Origin: Phoronis australis
Taxonomy: Eukaryota; Animalia; Phoronida
Length of the DNA stretch: 64,000 nt
NCBI GenBank assembly: GCA_002633005.1
Contig: NMRA01000298.1
Span: forward strand, 1-64,000
Reading direction: 5' to 3'
Made by a program: the position numbers and the translations under genes. Shown in pieces: positions 38,180 to 51,875 of this stretch. The notes under the pieces are model-generated. The model was not told where the DNA came from, did not search any database, and was given only the letters and a program-made list of their open reading frames with translations. Numbering within the stretch: the first letter of the stretch is position 1; each line of letters opens with the position of its first letter.

Positions 38180-39309
38180 AGTACGTATCCTTATCAGTAA
38201 GGACACTGCACGACTGTTTACAGTTTGTATTTTAGAAAGTTATATGGAGTAATCCAACAAAAGGAACGATATGTTTTGTTAAAAAATTAATGGCAGCGAT
38301 CATATTCAATGTCTATTGTACCATATTCTGAATTAGTTTAATCAGGTGACCTGAAACGTAGCAGATTGTAACGCGTATATCAATAACACACGATTGATTT
38401 TCATCACGCTCATTCGATACAACATTCCTAAGCTTGAGAACGACGTAATCACGTACATACGTAAATTTAAGCTCGTCCATTTGATTTCCTGTGCGATCCA
38501 TGCCTTGGGAAAAAATGTATTAGGTCTGCACTTCACCTTTTGGTCAGTTCAAAGCAAGCCTCTGCGTGTTCGATGCAGAGTTACCAGCTTACATGTATAC
38601 CCTACCACAAAAGCAAATGAAATGTTGTTAACGTTGTCGATCGTTTTGAATTCAACAAGTTGGGAATCATATGCCTGTTATGGATTTATTTTGCCGACAA
38701 TACAGTGTACACAAACCTAGACTACATACAGATCGAGCTGCACGGAAACTCAAATTAAGATGACAGTTTGCAAACCACTACTGACCCCACAACTAAACAT
38801 ATGAAAATAATGCAGACTTAACTAATTTTCATGTGAGAATATGTACAAGTATAAAATTTGATTAATGACTTAACGTTTCTGCAGGTAAAGAGGGCTACGC
38901 CAGGTATTTCATAGACGGCGGGTAATTGCGCTTCTCTCTGAAGATGAACTACATTTCCAGTAAACAGGGGCTTCTTTCTCGAGGAGACTGTAGGCTTCTA
39001 TCTTTCATCTGTACTCTGTCAATAGATAGTTTAGCACGATTCACAAAAACTGACTTCTGTTTAAAGTCAGAAAATCTATCTACAAAACATAAATCAAAGT
39101 CAAAATCTGTGACCACTACCAGAATGAAAACAAAATGTTTTGTAGTCAGCTTTCTGACTGTGGGCTGAAGACAAAAAACAAAAGTAAACAGTCTCTTCAA
39201 AAAGCAGTCACCAGGTTTGAAAAAGGGACTAAATCAATGACAGTATATTTTGGCATGAAAACACGTGAGAAACGTTAAGGTATGTGTTCAGCATAGCTGT
39301 AGCGTGCCT

Positions 39310-39455
39310 TAGTTCACGTTGAAGACTTTGCTGACTACCAGATAGACATCTGGAATATAGGCACGTGTAAGCGTCACGGTAGCTGTAACGAGGACACGTC
39401 TGAACGTAAAGCCTTATGTTGCAGCTTCCTGCTGGAAGATCGCAGAAACCACCAA
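39310..39455 (-). pseudogene. Orphan CTHRC1-like last exon (paralog, probably frameshifted)
   Basis: tattttacag| then (V)GGFCDLPAGSCNIRLYVQTCPRYSYRDAYT. Similarity is lost afterwards unless one base is skipped (YIPDVYLVVSKVFNVN*). Confidence 0.65.
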
Positions 39456-42400
39456 CTGTAAAATAGTTGGACAAACAATCGGCTTGAAGTTTGAAATATC
39501 AAAAGATGAGTTTCCAGCATTCGAGAGTGAAAAAAGAGACACCTGAATTGAAAAGGTGGAATATTATTCGAAAATTTGGCACTATGCCAACACTCAATTA
39601 TGTAATTCCGTCGAAACACCCATTATGCCCCGAGAACATTTTCGCACAAACTGGACAATTTGGAACTGTAACACCTAAACATCAAAACGCCTGAATAGGT
39701 ATTCTGTGTCGTTTGGAAAATCACAATATTGACAGACCCAAAATACAGTAACACATAAACCATGAATGGTCATATTTTCAAGAGTGCGAAATTTTGGACA
39801 CAAAACCTCGAACGTTGTCATGAATTCGACGTAAATGGAAGTTACCACAAAGCCAGATAGACTTATTGCCGCGACAGTGCAGCAATTGACAAGTTCAATC
39901 CTTGATTTTGCGTGTAGGCCAAAATATAGTATTTTGTCGATACAGTACATGTATACATTCGTCATTTTCCCAAGTAAACAATTCCACGTGCTTCAGTCGA
40001 ACTTCAAGTGATGTCTGAGTACGTAGCATGCGATCGCGGATTTTTTCAAAGTAGGCGAGGAGTGCCAAGCTGTCGATAAGTGTGGCAACAGAGCAGACGC
40101 CGATCGTGCATGGATGAGCGTGTAAGCAGGCCTGGACACGAAACTCGAAAGAGAGGTGAACTCTGTTGAAATTCGACAACTCCACCACCCAAGGCTCAAG
40201 CGCTTAGAGGTACATGTAAGTAATATAATAGACAGTGACAGGATACAATCAGAGAATGGTGCGCATTTTAACGTATTAATTCTTGAGCGTTAGGTCTACT
40301 ATTTTTGTTATGTGAAATTATTACAGCTTACAAGCCTTCCCCGTATCAATTGTTTCTCGCAAACCTGTTCCCCAGTAGGCCTACCCTGGCCTGGCAACAC
40401 GTAGCCACCCCGCTGGCAGGGTACTGGGTAGGAGCTACAATATTCCCGTCGTTCCAACAAATTTTGTCCCGGGGGTAGGCGAAGTCTGCTTAAATGACGT
40501 AGAGGTTTCATATCGTCAAAAATGCGTTTTGAACTTGAAATTTTCACTTAAAAAGTGCTTACTTTTTTCAGCTATCCTTTCTTGCTCTGTACATATATTC
40601 CATGAAGCATGTTTTTTTTGAAGCAATATGACTATGGCGAAGAATTCGAATTCAACTTTTTAATCGCCGTTAACTTTTTCATCGCGCGCGATAGCCGCAA
40701 ACTATTTCAATTGACGTCACTTGAGTTAGGTGAGGACGAGCGCGAGACTGAGAGAAGCGCGTGACCTCATGCGCGACACAAAATAGCATGATAGATATCA
40801 GATGGAATTTGTAAAATTCGTGTCCCTTGGACTTTTTATTCGTCAACAGGCGTGATTTCACGTAACTACCCCGGCATTTACGGCGATGTAATTACCTAAC
40901 TCACCCCGTGATGACTGATATTTTTGAGAGTTCGATTTTAAGCTGACTTGTTGGGGAAATTTTGTGAGGGTGGATTATTTGTGTGATTACACTGAATAGA
41001 TTTTTATAGGCTTCAATAATTGCATTCAAAGTGATGAAACCATTAACATTAAAAATATAAAATCACAGTCTTATTTGTTTTAACTAATATTTTTCTTCTG
41101 TAGAATTTGTGTTTCATACTTGCCTTTGAGGAAAAGTGAATGGGGTTTTCAACGTGCATTACACACTGCAGGTCGGGTATGTGTTATGCATTCTAACTTT
41201 GTTTGCCTTTTTTCAGTCACTGGATTTGTCAAAGGGAAACAACGCAGAGGTACCAAAGCAAGATTGTTCTCCCAATAGAAAACATCGGTTGATGCCGACC
41301 CAGTAAACTACTTAAAACGAGGTGGAGAACAAACAGGGATTATAAAATACGTGAATGTTTTGATGTGAAAAGTAGCCAAAGAACACTTAGGAGTAATACA
41401 ATGGAAGGACATAATGCCAGGTACAAACGTCAGTTCACGACTCTTGTCAGATTGGGTTAACTGCTGCATCCCCGGCAATAGTCCTATAATAACATGCAAA
41501 ATTCTGAGAACCAGTTTGATAACGTTTGCTCAGTGGAGAAAACTGGTTCTCAAAATGTAGGCCTGTTGTATACCACTGCCGGTTGCGGCAGTGCCTTGCC
41601 GCTTGCTTGTTGCTAGTTTTGAGCTCTGCTATAGAGAAATGATATATGAACATCGTTTTTAAATTTTGCTTCAGTTTTGTAAATGAAAGCTATGTGATTT
41701 TTTCTTCATTTTTCAAGAAGTTTACAGTTTTAAGTACAGTTTTTGGCAGTCCGTCTGTATGTCAAACAATGTCGTTGGCGTAATTTGTTGTACCCCACAG
41801 TACGATGTGGAAGATACAGTAAACACAAAGGTATGTCTGTATGTCACGCAATGTCGTTGGCATGACATCTCATAAAGGAATCCGATTTTTTTCATGTTTT
41901 GCACTGAGATGTAGGTGGGACATCTCCAAGTGCCATTTGATATTGTTTTGAATAGGGATTCATCCATGCTCTTAAATTCCCCTTGTATTAATTTTTACAA
42001 ACATAATCAATAGTTGATTTTCGTGAAGCATTTGCCAGGCTTATTTTTATGTCCCGCTTTGCTCATTACTTTTTGGTGTGACCCTCAATGTGGACCAGGC
42101 CAATGACTTGTTGCTGCTGTTTGTTTTGTAATTGATCTCAACTTAAACAAATGTTGTATAATATTAAAATGGGATTTATAAAGTAAATTATTGTGCATAC
42201 TTCATTCATATTTAGACTTATTGTACACTCTGCACATGCCATGCTGACGTTTAGTGTATACTTTGATTCAGTGATTATTAATCAATTCTGATGTTGATAT
42301 AAGTTGATGCAATTTGAAGTTTCACTTTGTTTTAAAATAATAAGAATTAATTATCTCTCTGCCTTTTGGATGTAACAGATGTGTCAATGGTTTGCTCCAA

Positions 42401-44826
42401 CATATATGGGTCACAAATTCAGCAGCAGTCAAGCTGTATACTTTACACCTTTTTCGGTTGCTGGTAATGTTTCTTTAAACCGAGACCGGCGAGAGATCTC
42501 TTAATTGTGCTGCTGCTGCAATAAGGAACTCTCTTAGCCCAGAAATAAAACGGCCCAAATCAATTAATACTGTCAAACTTAATAGTGAAAACTGGCTGTA
42601 ATTTACTTACCCATTTTCACAATTTACCTTTCTTAATTATGTCAATTTTCATTATTGTGCATGCTCTCAGTATTCATTATCATCTCGTTATTTCATCTCT
42701 CTTGGTCAAAGTTTCATCATCAACGTGTTTTAATTGCTGCTTTGTTACCTGTATCTAATTATTGTTTTACAACTTTATCATGTTATATTGTATTGTATTG
42801 CATCCTGTTGTTGAGGGCACCTTGAAAGCATATTTTGGCCAAAAACAAATGTGATTAAAGATATGCATATTTTTTTCTATTATTACAAAACAATTGTAAT
42901 GGTCTGTTTCTGCCTCCAATAATATGTACATGTATTTTGTTGTTGTTGTTGTTGTCGTTGTTTACATATGCACTGATTTAAAAGTTTGTACTCATATTTT
43001 GGCCCAAACAAATATCACAATGGTAGTGGTCTGTTTCTACCTTCAATAATATGTATTTTATTGATCATATTTTGTTAACTTGGAAGCTTGCAACCTAAAC
43101 ATGTGTGTAATATGTAAGTTGTGGTATTTATGTATTTTGATATGCAGCACTTACAGATGTTGTATATTTTTAGCAGATCTCACTTTGTTCCAAATTTCTC
43201 AATATTATTTTTTTGTAAACTAGAGGTATTGTAGCCTACAGCTATGTTTATTTTCTAAGGCAAAGTTGTTTCCTTTTCCCTGTTATGTGTATTCGTATGT
43301 ATGTTTTAAAATAAAAACTGTGTGATTAGATATATTTCTTATCTTTTATATTATTTTATTTCATTTAAAATAATTGCAATGTAAGTACAACCAACCTATT
43401 GAGATGTGTCATTTCGACAAAATTCGTTCTCAGAGAATGTACCTATCATATACATGTAAGAGGTTTCTGATAGTCTTCAGCTGAAGATCGGGGTCAAATG
43501 GAAGGTCACAAGTAGTTCTATTCAGTTGGAGAATTTTATGATGCCTTCTTTACTGAGGCAGCCCAGCCAGCTGGATCTTTATTGTGTTGCCAACGAATGG
43601 GGTAATTGAAACTTGCGCTTCAGGTAACAAATCTAATTGCGTTTTGGTTTGAATTTTCAGCAGGAATAAGTGCGTCATGAGCTTTAGTATGCTCCACATT
43701 GGATTTATAATACACCTCTGGCATGACATGGTTATGAACTCTAAAATTGATCAGTCTATGAACACCTCCGCAGAGAATATTGTATTGGCGACGCAGCACT
43801 GAAAAAAAGAGGGGGCTAAAGCCACCAGACCCCCTGTGGTGTACCAATTATAGAAAATTAGCATTGCAGCACTGAAAAAGTGGAGGCCATGCCCCCCTTC
43901 CAGCCCCCTTTGGTGCGCGGCCCATATATTGAAATTGCATGACCAATACATCAGTTGATTAAGAGTGAAACCCAAGCTCGTGTGATCAAAAACGATATCA
44001 ATTTTTAAGCACTACATTCATGACGGCGTTTTCCCGTTCAGTGACTGCCAGACGCAGAGGGTTGTGAGAATGTGATAACGTCTAGCTTCTTTGTTAACTA
44101 CCAGGCACAGTTTTTTATCAGGAATGACAACAGGCAGGTCAATTACCCACCAGGCCTGTTACAGACCACATGTGAACACAGTCAAACCCAGAGCAAATTG
44201 GTACGTTTGGAAAGAACAGGTTGTTGTAACTTCGGTTGTAGGTGGGCGATTACGGCGATTCAAAAACTGAACATGGTCACCATTTGACTAGGATTTCAGA
44301 AATGCTACTAGTTTATTTTCAAAGTTGTTATAACTTGACCTTTTTAAAAACACAGCCCAGTCAGCCTAGATACGATAAATTGGAGTTTTAGCAATTTTCG
44401 AAAAAAGAGAGCTTGCCCTCTAACTATAAATTTTTGCCAGATTAATGGTCGCGTAAGCTATTGGCTACAGGGGTCATCTTCCCAACTTGGTGTTGGGCTA
44501 TACTTTCGAACAAGTTGGGAGCAACGGGAAAACATCGTAATGTTATCTATTGAAAATACCACATTGTCATAAGAAACTTGAGCAATCAAGCACTGGATAA
44601 AAGCTTAAACTGGGACAAACATGAACTATTCGACGGCAACAACTAAAGAATTGCTCTAAGAATACGGGAAACTCAGCGACAACGCACCTCTCAACAAGCT
44701 AGTGTTTGCGACCAGACTGCAGAGCTTCTCGCCTTTTCATCTCGTCTTTCAAAACCACCAGAGTACACTCTCCATAAAAAGACATGGTAGACCATACATG
44801 TAGATAATTCCAAACTGACGTAGATA

Positions 44827-46045
44827 CAGCACACATCAGGAATTTTTGTCCGACTGGTCTGCTAGAAACCGACGACCGGCCGTCGAACGGTCGGCTAATT
44901 TTTAGCCGACCGGCAGAAGGGCGCAGTGCCGACGCATAAGCCGACCCACCAGCCGACTCTACAGCCGACCTTAATTGCCAACCAGCCATCAGCCAACCCG
45001 CTAGTCGGATGCTAGTTTTAGGCTAGAGTAGCAGTTGCGTAATGAGTGGTTAGGCTGATACCGCTGTGCGTGCAGATGCTGATATTCTTCTCGGAACAGG
45101 GTCAAATACATATAAATTAACTTAGTTTTACTGTTTCCATTATATGAGTTCACACCGGTTGTGTTCACCGACTACTAATTCGAAGGTTGGATACAAGCGG
45201 TAATATTGAACATTGTATTATGGACAATCCAACAAGTTTTGGATGACAAAACGTTAAAAGTTTTCTTTACATTTGATCTTTTGGCTCGTGACATTAACAC
45301 GTTGCATTAGACTGGCTGCTTCCCGGTCAATACAACGCCGTACTCATTTTGTAAACGCAGCTATTTTTTACAGTCTTCGTCCACACTTGTTTTTTGTTTG
45401 TGTTACGCCGAACTGCATCATTTTCCGTTTTTAAAATTCCTCACGGGTCTCCTATCACGATGGGATAGTGAATGAATTGTTGCACCGGAGAGCTCTTACT
45501 CAGGAGATTTTGTTTTCACAGTATTAACCCTTGCAGTAAAGACGCAAAACACACGGAACTTAATGCACTAATCCCACGGACTTGGAAGGCTCTAACTTCG
45601 AAATCATATGGTTATGACTTCCACGAACCTAGACAGAGGCATCAAACACGGAATGACCATTATTGAGGCTCAGGGGCGTATCCAGGATTTTGATTTAGGG
45701 GGTGGCAGGGCACAGGAAAACCAAAATTTCGGCAAACGCGCCCGCCCAGCCTAAAGCGCGTGGGGATGCAGCAGTATACGGGGTTTGTTCAGGTTTATGC
45801 ATTGTTTATTCGTCTGCTAGTTAGCAATTCGCACCCAAACTCCAAAATGGTATCTGGTAGAGTTTTAGGGCGGGGGCATGGCCTCCTTGGCAATCCCCTA
45901 AATCCGCCACTGAGGCTACTCCCCATTCTAGCCAAGCGCATTCCGTTTCCATGCATCGGTGACGGTAAAATCTGCTCTAGTAACATGTACATGTATCAGT
46001 TGGTCGCTGACATTGTTCCTAAAACAAATATTTTCAGTCAACAAC
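44827..46045 (+). mobile_element. Copy 2 of the GCCGACC-rich element, carrying a nested MITE
   Basis: Colinear with 4691-5735 except for the insertion at 45671-45912. Confidence 0.8.
45671..45912. mobile_element. hAT-like MITE with 5-bp TSD
   Basis: Ends caggggcgtatccagg / cctaaatccgccactg; aggct is duplicated on both sides; the empty site is at 5597-5601. Related ends occur at ~47340, 49783 and 58786-58925. Confidence 0.8.
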
Positions 46046-46538
46046 ATATTGACAAATTGTATAAAATAAAGCAATTTTGAACGGGAAGATGCGAATACGT
46101 GGTGAAGAGGTGTTTGTCTCTACGCGGCATTTGTGCGTGAATCTTTGGTAAAGCGAATGCGATGTCGAAAAAATGAAAGCAAATACACCAAGGTGAAGCA
46201 AAGCGTCTGGTGATGTTTATTGCGCATGATCTGGCCTCTTTAGGTAGTAAGTGACACTGATTGATATCTGACAAATATGGCTCCAAAATAAAAATATCAC
46301 GCTTGTATTGCCCCCCTCCCCCTTCTCCCCGAGTTCTGCACCTTCCAATGAGTCACCACGCCAGATTTGGTTCAGTTTCAGTCCTAAAATCACAGAATCA
46401 TTCTGTGGTCAGGTGTAACAAGACCTACAATTTTTTGGAACCGTGCTCAATCTTAAAAAAACTTCCATTACGCGAGTGCTTTGTTAGAAATGCCAAACAC
46501 ATGCAGCGTTCTAACACAAAGACGTTTTCGTTTCCTTT

Positions 46539-47138
46539 CTGACGTTTCAATTTACGTTTAGCAAATATAAGAGACGAAACGTGATGTAATTACAGAAATT
46601 CATGAGCAGTAATAGAATGGCTAGGACGGTATTTGACTGGAAATCTCTGGTACAACACTTCGGGGCGGCAGGTGGCACCAGTGGATTATTAATTAAAATG
46701 TGTTTGCCTGACTTACTTGAATGNTTTTGTTTATTGAAATACCTTTAAGCAATCATTAGTTTTAGCAGAATTATTAAAGTTTGACTTGTGGCAATATTTC
46801 GTGGCGTTTTAAGACACAAGTTCATGTTGACGTCATTCAACATTTAACTCCAAAATCCAACTGCGCCAACGCCACGGATATTTGTCAAGTTTGATTTATG
46901 TAATCCCCCTCTTATTGCAACAACTAACTACACATGGTTTCTAGAAGGTTCTGATGTTTCGATTTACGTTTAGCAATTATAAGAGACGAAACGTGATGTA
47001 ATTACAGAAATTCACAAGCAGTAATAAAATGGCTGCGGAACGGGATTAAACTGGAAACCTCTGGTATAACACTTCGGGGCGGCAGGTGGCACCAGTGGAT
47101 TAGTAATTAAACTGTATTTGCCTGACTTACTTGAATGT
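46539..47138 (+). repeat. ~185-bp direct duplication (46539-46723 and 46951-47137)
   Basis: Both copies contain tttacgtttagcaa...gagacgaaacgtgatgtaattacagaaattca...cttcggggcggcaggtggcaccagtggatta...cctgacttacttgaatg. Confidence 0.9.
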
Positions 47139-48159
47139 AATATTTCTGATGCTAAGATGTTTATTTCCGATCACCACGAGTTGTTGTGTCGCCTCTCGAG
47201 TCCCCCCCTCCTTCCCAGTGTCCAAGGGGGCCATGTCCCCCCTAAAATTCTTTCAGATTAAATTTGGTAATTCGGGGTGTAAGTGTCTGACGGGCAAATT
47301 CCTGGATAATTCTCTGCCCCGCTCCCCAACTCAAAATCCTGGATCTGCCCCTGGTCATGGTTTTGCAGTACTAGCTGGAGCATAGAACAGGCATGACGTA
47401 GTACGTTTTCTTTGAGTAGACTTGAGTACGTGGGGCGGAAGTTAAATAAAGTGATTAACTGGAACCAGTCTTCAGTCTAACGTCGCACCGAAAGCTACTA
47501 AACACCGGTCAGCGATAACCTGTGTCGGTCCGTCCACGGAGTAAACCGCGTGTTCATTATAAAATTTGCAGCAAACAGATGCCTGCCGACTGAGTACGTT
47601 TTATGAATAAAACGCATAAAAAGACGAATATAGACGCCAAACCCATATTAAAACCGCATTTTTTGTTTTCTCTTTTCATTCTTTTATTCATATCATGACT
47701 AAAGTGCAATGAACGCAAGTTTTTCATAAGCTCATTCGTTCACACATTCCGATGAGAAAACCAACCAGTTTCCTATCTTAAGAGTGCAGTGCACTTCAGA
47801 CAAGACAAAAAGTCATAAGTGCGTGATATACCCTATGTCACTGATTTGGATCGTACTATGCGTTGAAGTTTACTTGCTTATGTCATATTACTAAAATGTA
47901 GTTTAATACAATTTCTACTCTGATAAATAGTTTAAAAGTCGGGCACATCAATTTTCGCTCACAATTAGTGTCAAATTTTAACATGAAATCTCATTTTTGT
48001 AGTATTTGTAAAAAGTATAGAAGCTGCTGGACAGTGAAATAGTTTGTGTTATGGATTCACTCATCCATGGTCTCAGTAATAATAATAAATAGAAATTGGA
48101 AAAATTGCCTGAAATTTCTGAGGATAATTAACGGGGCCAAAAATGCATAAACACAAAAA

Positions 48160-48600
48160 ACTGATAGCAATTCTGTACCCAGCATTGTAAACAACAATTT
48201 CTGGGAATAGCATTTCAAGCATTTTTTCATGGCGATCCTTGGAAAGAACGCAAACTGAAAGACGACTATTGTAATGTCAGTTGAATTGAATGAAGTCAAC
48301 ATTGTGTAGTACAAGAGAACGTTTGTATACATGTGTATTTATCGGATAACGATTCTTTACCCTGCATTGCGAACAACAACTCCGAGGCACAGTTTTCAAG
48401 CATTTTTTTATGACGATTCTTGGAAAGAGTGTACTAATCTGAAAAGCGACTGTTATGATGTCGGTTGAATTAAATGTAACAAACCTTGCATGTATTTATC
48501 TGATAACGATTCTTTACTCTGCAATGAGAACAACAATGTCGAGACATAGTTTTCCATGCATAATTTCATGACGATTCCTGGAAAGAACGCAAACTGACAC
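48160..48600 (+). repeat. Degenerate tandem repeat, ~160-180 bp x 3
   Basis: gataacgattctttac...aacaacaa...atgacgattc(c/t)tggaaaga recurs three times. Confidence 0.8.
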
Positions 48601-50439
48601 GCTTCAGCACTCAGTAACAGTAGCATAGAATATGCATTTGAAAACTGCACTCGTCAGATATTGTCACTCTACAGGAATTGTTTGAATGCATTATAGATGA
48701 CTTTTATTCGCCGTTACTTTGGAAATAAGTATGTACGTGATCTAGTTTTTGAAATCAGCCACATTTTCGTGTCTCTCATTAATGTCAGGAAGGCAAAGAA
48801 TTTTAGATCACGCATCGACGGGTATTTGTCCTGTTTATGAAACGTTTTCACGCCGGTGTTGCAACCCACAACACAACATTTAATACTTCGTTAGCATAGG
48901 AAGAACGAATAGAGTAATGCAACCGAGAAAAACTTGTTAAGAATTAGACAACAACAAATAACATGTGAAACTCCAGTGGCTCGAAAACGAGGCAGCAAAT
49001 GTGCCTGACGAATGTTTACGGCATTTTGGGTAAATTCAGCGACATTCGAGTAACACTGTGTTATCCAGGACGGCGCTATTGCCATGAATCTCAAGCATAT
49101 AGTACTAACGGTATGTTTTTAATTGTGCTAGTTACGTATGCTTCGACCGTACAGTTAATAGCAGAGAGTGATCGAGAAACAATCTTAATAAACTTCAGCA
49201 CGTGCATTATACTCACGTAAATAACCCCGGCATAAATCCTGAAGGTTACTGGAGTGATAAGCCTACGCTGACTTATTCAGTTCTAGCAGTCGCGTTATTT
49301 TGAACTCGGGAGACGATTTGTGTGGGATAAAATATTGCCTTTCGTTATTCGTAGGATTCACAAAGGATTGTAGGTGATACTCAAACATTAAAGTAAGGCC
49401 GAAAGTTATTTTTAGAAATGCCATTGCTTGCGAGAACGCCTGTTAGCTGTCTCGGAGGTTTTCGGATGTAGCGCAGCATAGAAAACTCTGAAAAAAGTTA
49501 CCCAGCTACTTTGAAATTTGAACATACATCTAAGCCGAGGGCAGAGATTTCATCGCGTGCTTCTCCCGGAGCCAGTTCTAAATGTAGTCTTGTCTTTTAG
49601 TAGGGCCTTTTCATCCGCGATAATTCCACGTTTCAAACACTCCCTGACGCCTTTCTATGCGAGGCTAACTAATTTTATAAGCACCTCCTCGTGATGGTCA
49701 CGTGACACAACAACTCATTTCTCTGACTCCGGCAAGTGTGCAAAAAGCCCATTTTTGGTCCAGTTTCATAAAGTTTACGTAAGCAGTGAGGGATTTAAGG
49801 GGGGTGGGTGGACAAGGGGGCCAGGCCCCCCACCCCCTAAAATTCTCCCAGATTCCATTTGGCAGCTCGGGGTGCGAATGTCTGCCCTGGCCTGGTAATT
49901 TTGTAAATTTACTCGAACACGACAATAACGTACGTGCATTGGGTAAAAGGTTTTCGAACAATTAATGTGTGCGTTTGAAAACCGAAAAATTTCTGATATA
50001 AAACAATAGTATATCTAATTCAAAGTTACCGATTGTTATGGAGCCTCTAATTTTACCACCCTTGTACACGCTTTGTCCTCGTGATTCCATCTGGTGTTAG
50101 TTTTCCAGAGTTAAGTAACACACTCCCGTGTCTTCTTAGCAATAAGCCGAACTGCGAGCTGTATCTCTCCTGCAATAAACCGCGCATTCTATCTGGCTTC
50201 TGATGACTCTATGTTCCAATAGAATGATGGTTAAAACAAACTGGATGTATTCGACAAATCAGTTGAAAATCCAGGTCTTGAAAATGAGCAGGTAAGGATT
50301 GTTTCGGCAAGTAATGTTTCCGACATAGACCCGCAAACAAGGCAGGTGAAAATAGCTGTAACAAACGAGATAAGATACCATACACGTGCAGCCGTCTTGT
50401 TCTGGGCAATGAAGTATGAATGCTACTCTTGATGACATT

Positions 50440-51875
50440 TGGCAGATGTGCTCCTGTGAAGCTGATGACGAAAGACGACGACATTTGTACCTCCGTTTAG
50501 TCTTGTGCCCTCTAGTGACAATTTTAATTTCCTTCGCTTACCTCTGTATCTATGGAGATCCTCTACGGATTTTCGTAAAACTTGGCAGTTAAGCATCTAT
50601 TAGTCAGATGATGACATCCTCTTGTTTCCGGGTAGATTCGAGGTATTTTCTGCCACATAGTGAGCATTTTTACTGTTTTCGAGCCTGTTTTATGGGTCAG
50701 CCGGTCTATCAACCAAACCGCTCTAGAGATGATTTTGAAAATTGACATATACATGTGCTTACTGTGAAGAGGAAAGCTGACGATGGTTTGCCGATTACTT
50801 CGACTACTTTCACGCCTGCTAGTGGCTGTTTTGTTTGTTTTTGCGCCCATGGCTATATCTCCCTAAAGGATCTACAGGATGTTAATTGAATTTTGCTGTT
50901 GTGTTTACATGAAGTTGACAACAGAGGACAAAGAATTTCGGAGGGACCGGACAAACGGTGTGCCCCTAGTGGCAATTTCATTGCTTTTTACGTTTACCTC
51001 TGTATCTTAAACCGTCGTCAATGGATTTTCACAAAATTTGGTATACTTATAGGCATCTATTAATGATGAGACGGTCTCATCCGGTTTCGGTTAAATTCAA
51101 TGCATTTTACGCCACTTTGTGGCCATTTCTACTGCCGGTTTTCCAGTCTGTTTTTTGGCATCCCCCCGCTGTCAATCAAACCACTCTAAGGATATTTCTG
51201 GAAATTGGCATGTAAGCATGATTTTCGTTAAATTTAGCAAGTGTATTTATACGAGCTCGACAACAAATGACGATGGTTGTCGTATGGTTCCGACTACCAG
51301 TGTGCACCCTAGTAACAATTTTAGTTTTTTTTTAATTTTAGCTCTATCTTCAACGATCCTGAACGGATTTTCAAAAAATTTAACAGTTATGTATCTATTT
51401 GCGAGTTAACGCTATCCTCAGGATTTCTGTTTGATTCGTGGTATTTTGCGCAACTTAGTGGTCATTTTTACTGTTTTCGTATTCTTATCGTTTGGCGTCT
51501 GCCCCTTTGCACACCAAACCACTCCAAGGATGCTTGTGAAAATTGGCATGTCTGTTCCTGATGTGAAGAAGAAGTCTGACGATTTTCCGACGGCTTGATA
51601 TACTGAAGTGCATTTCAGTCGCAGTTATATTTTTTGCGCCTATAGGCTCTTAGTGGAAATTTTAATTTTTCGATTTTGCTCTACTTCTCAGAAGTTCCTT
51701 TACAGATTTATTGAAATTTGGTAAATAGCTTTGATGGCACATACAAGTTTGCGGATGGATTTTTCGTAGTTTGCGCCATCTTGTGGCCATTTTTATGTTC
51801 CAAATAAACACCTCTAGAAGCACAACGTTAGTGGTACATTCGTGGGCACCTTTCAATGCTGAGCGTTGCTCTTAG
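50440..51875 (+). mobile_element. Second member of the tandem-unit (HINE-like) family seen at 1860-3262
   Basis: Same gcccctagtggcaattt / gaaattggca / cctctgtatct motifs and a similar 3' box. Confidence 0.55.

Noticed and set aside
44221-44250. FGCR (CNFGCRW) as the missing MTRR exon
   Set aside because: No WLF before it, no DYL after it, and no suitable acceptor.
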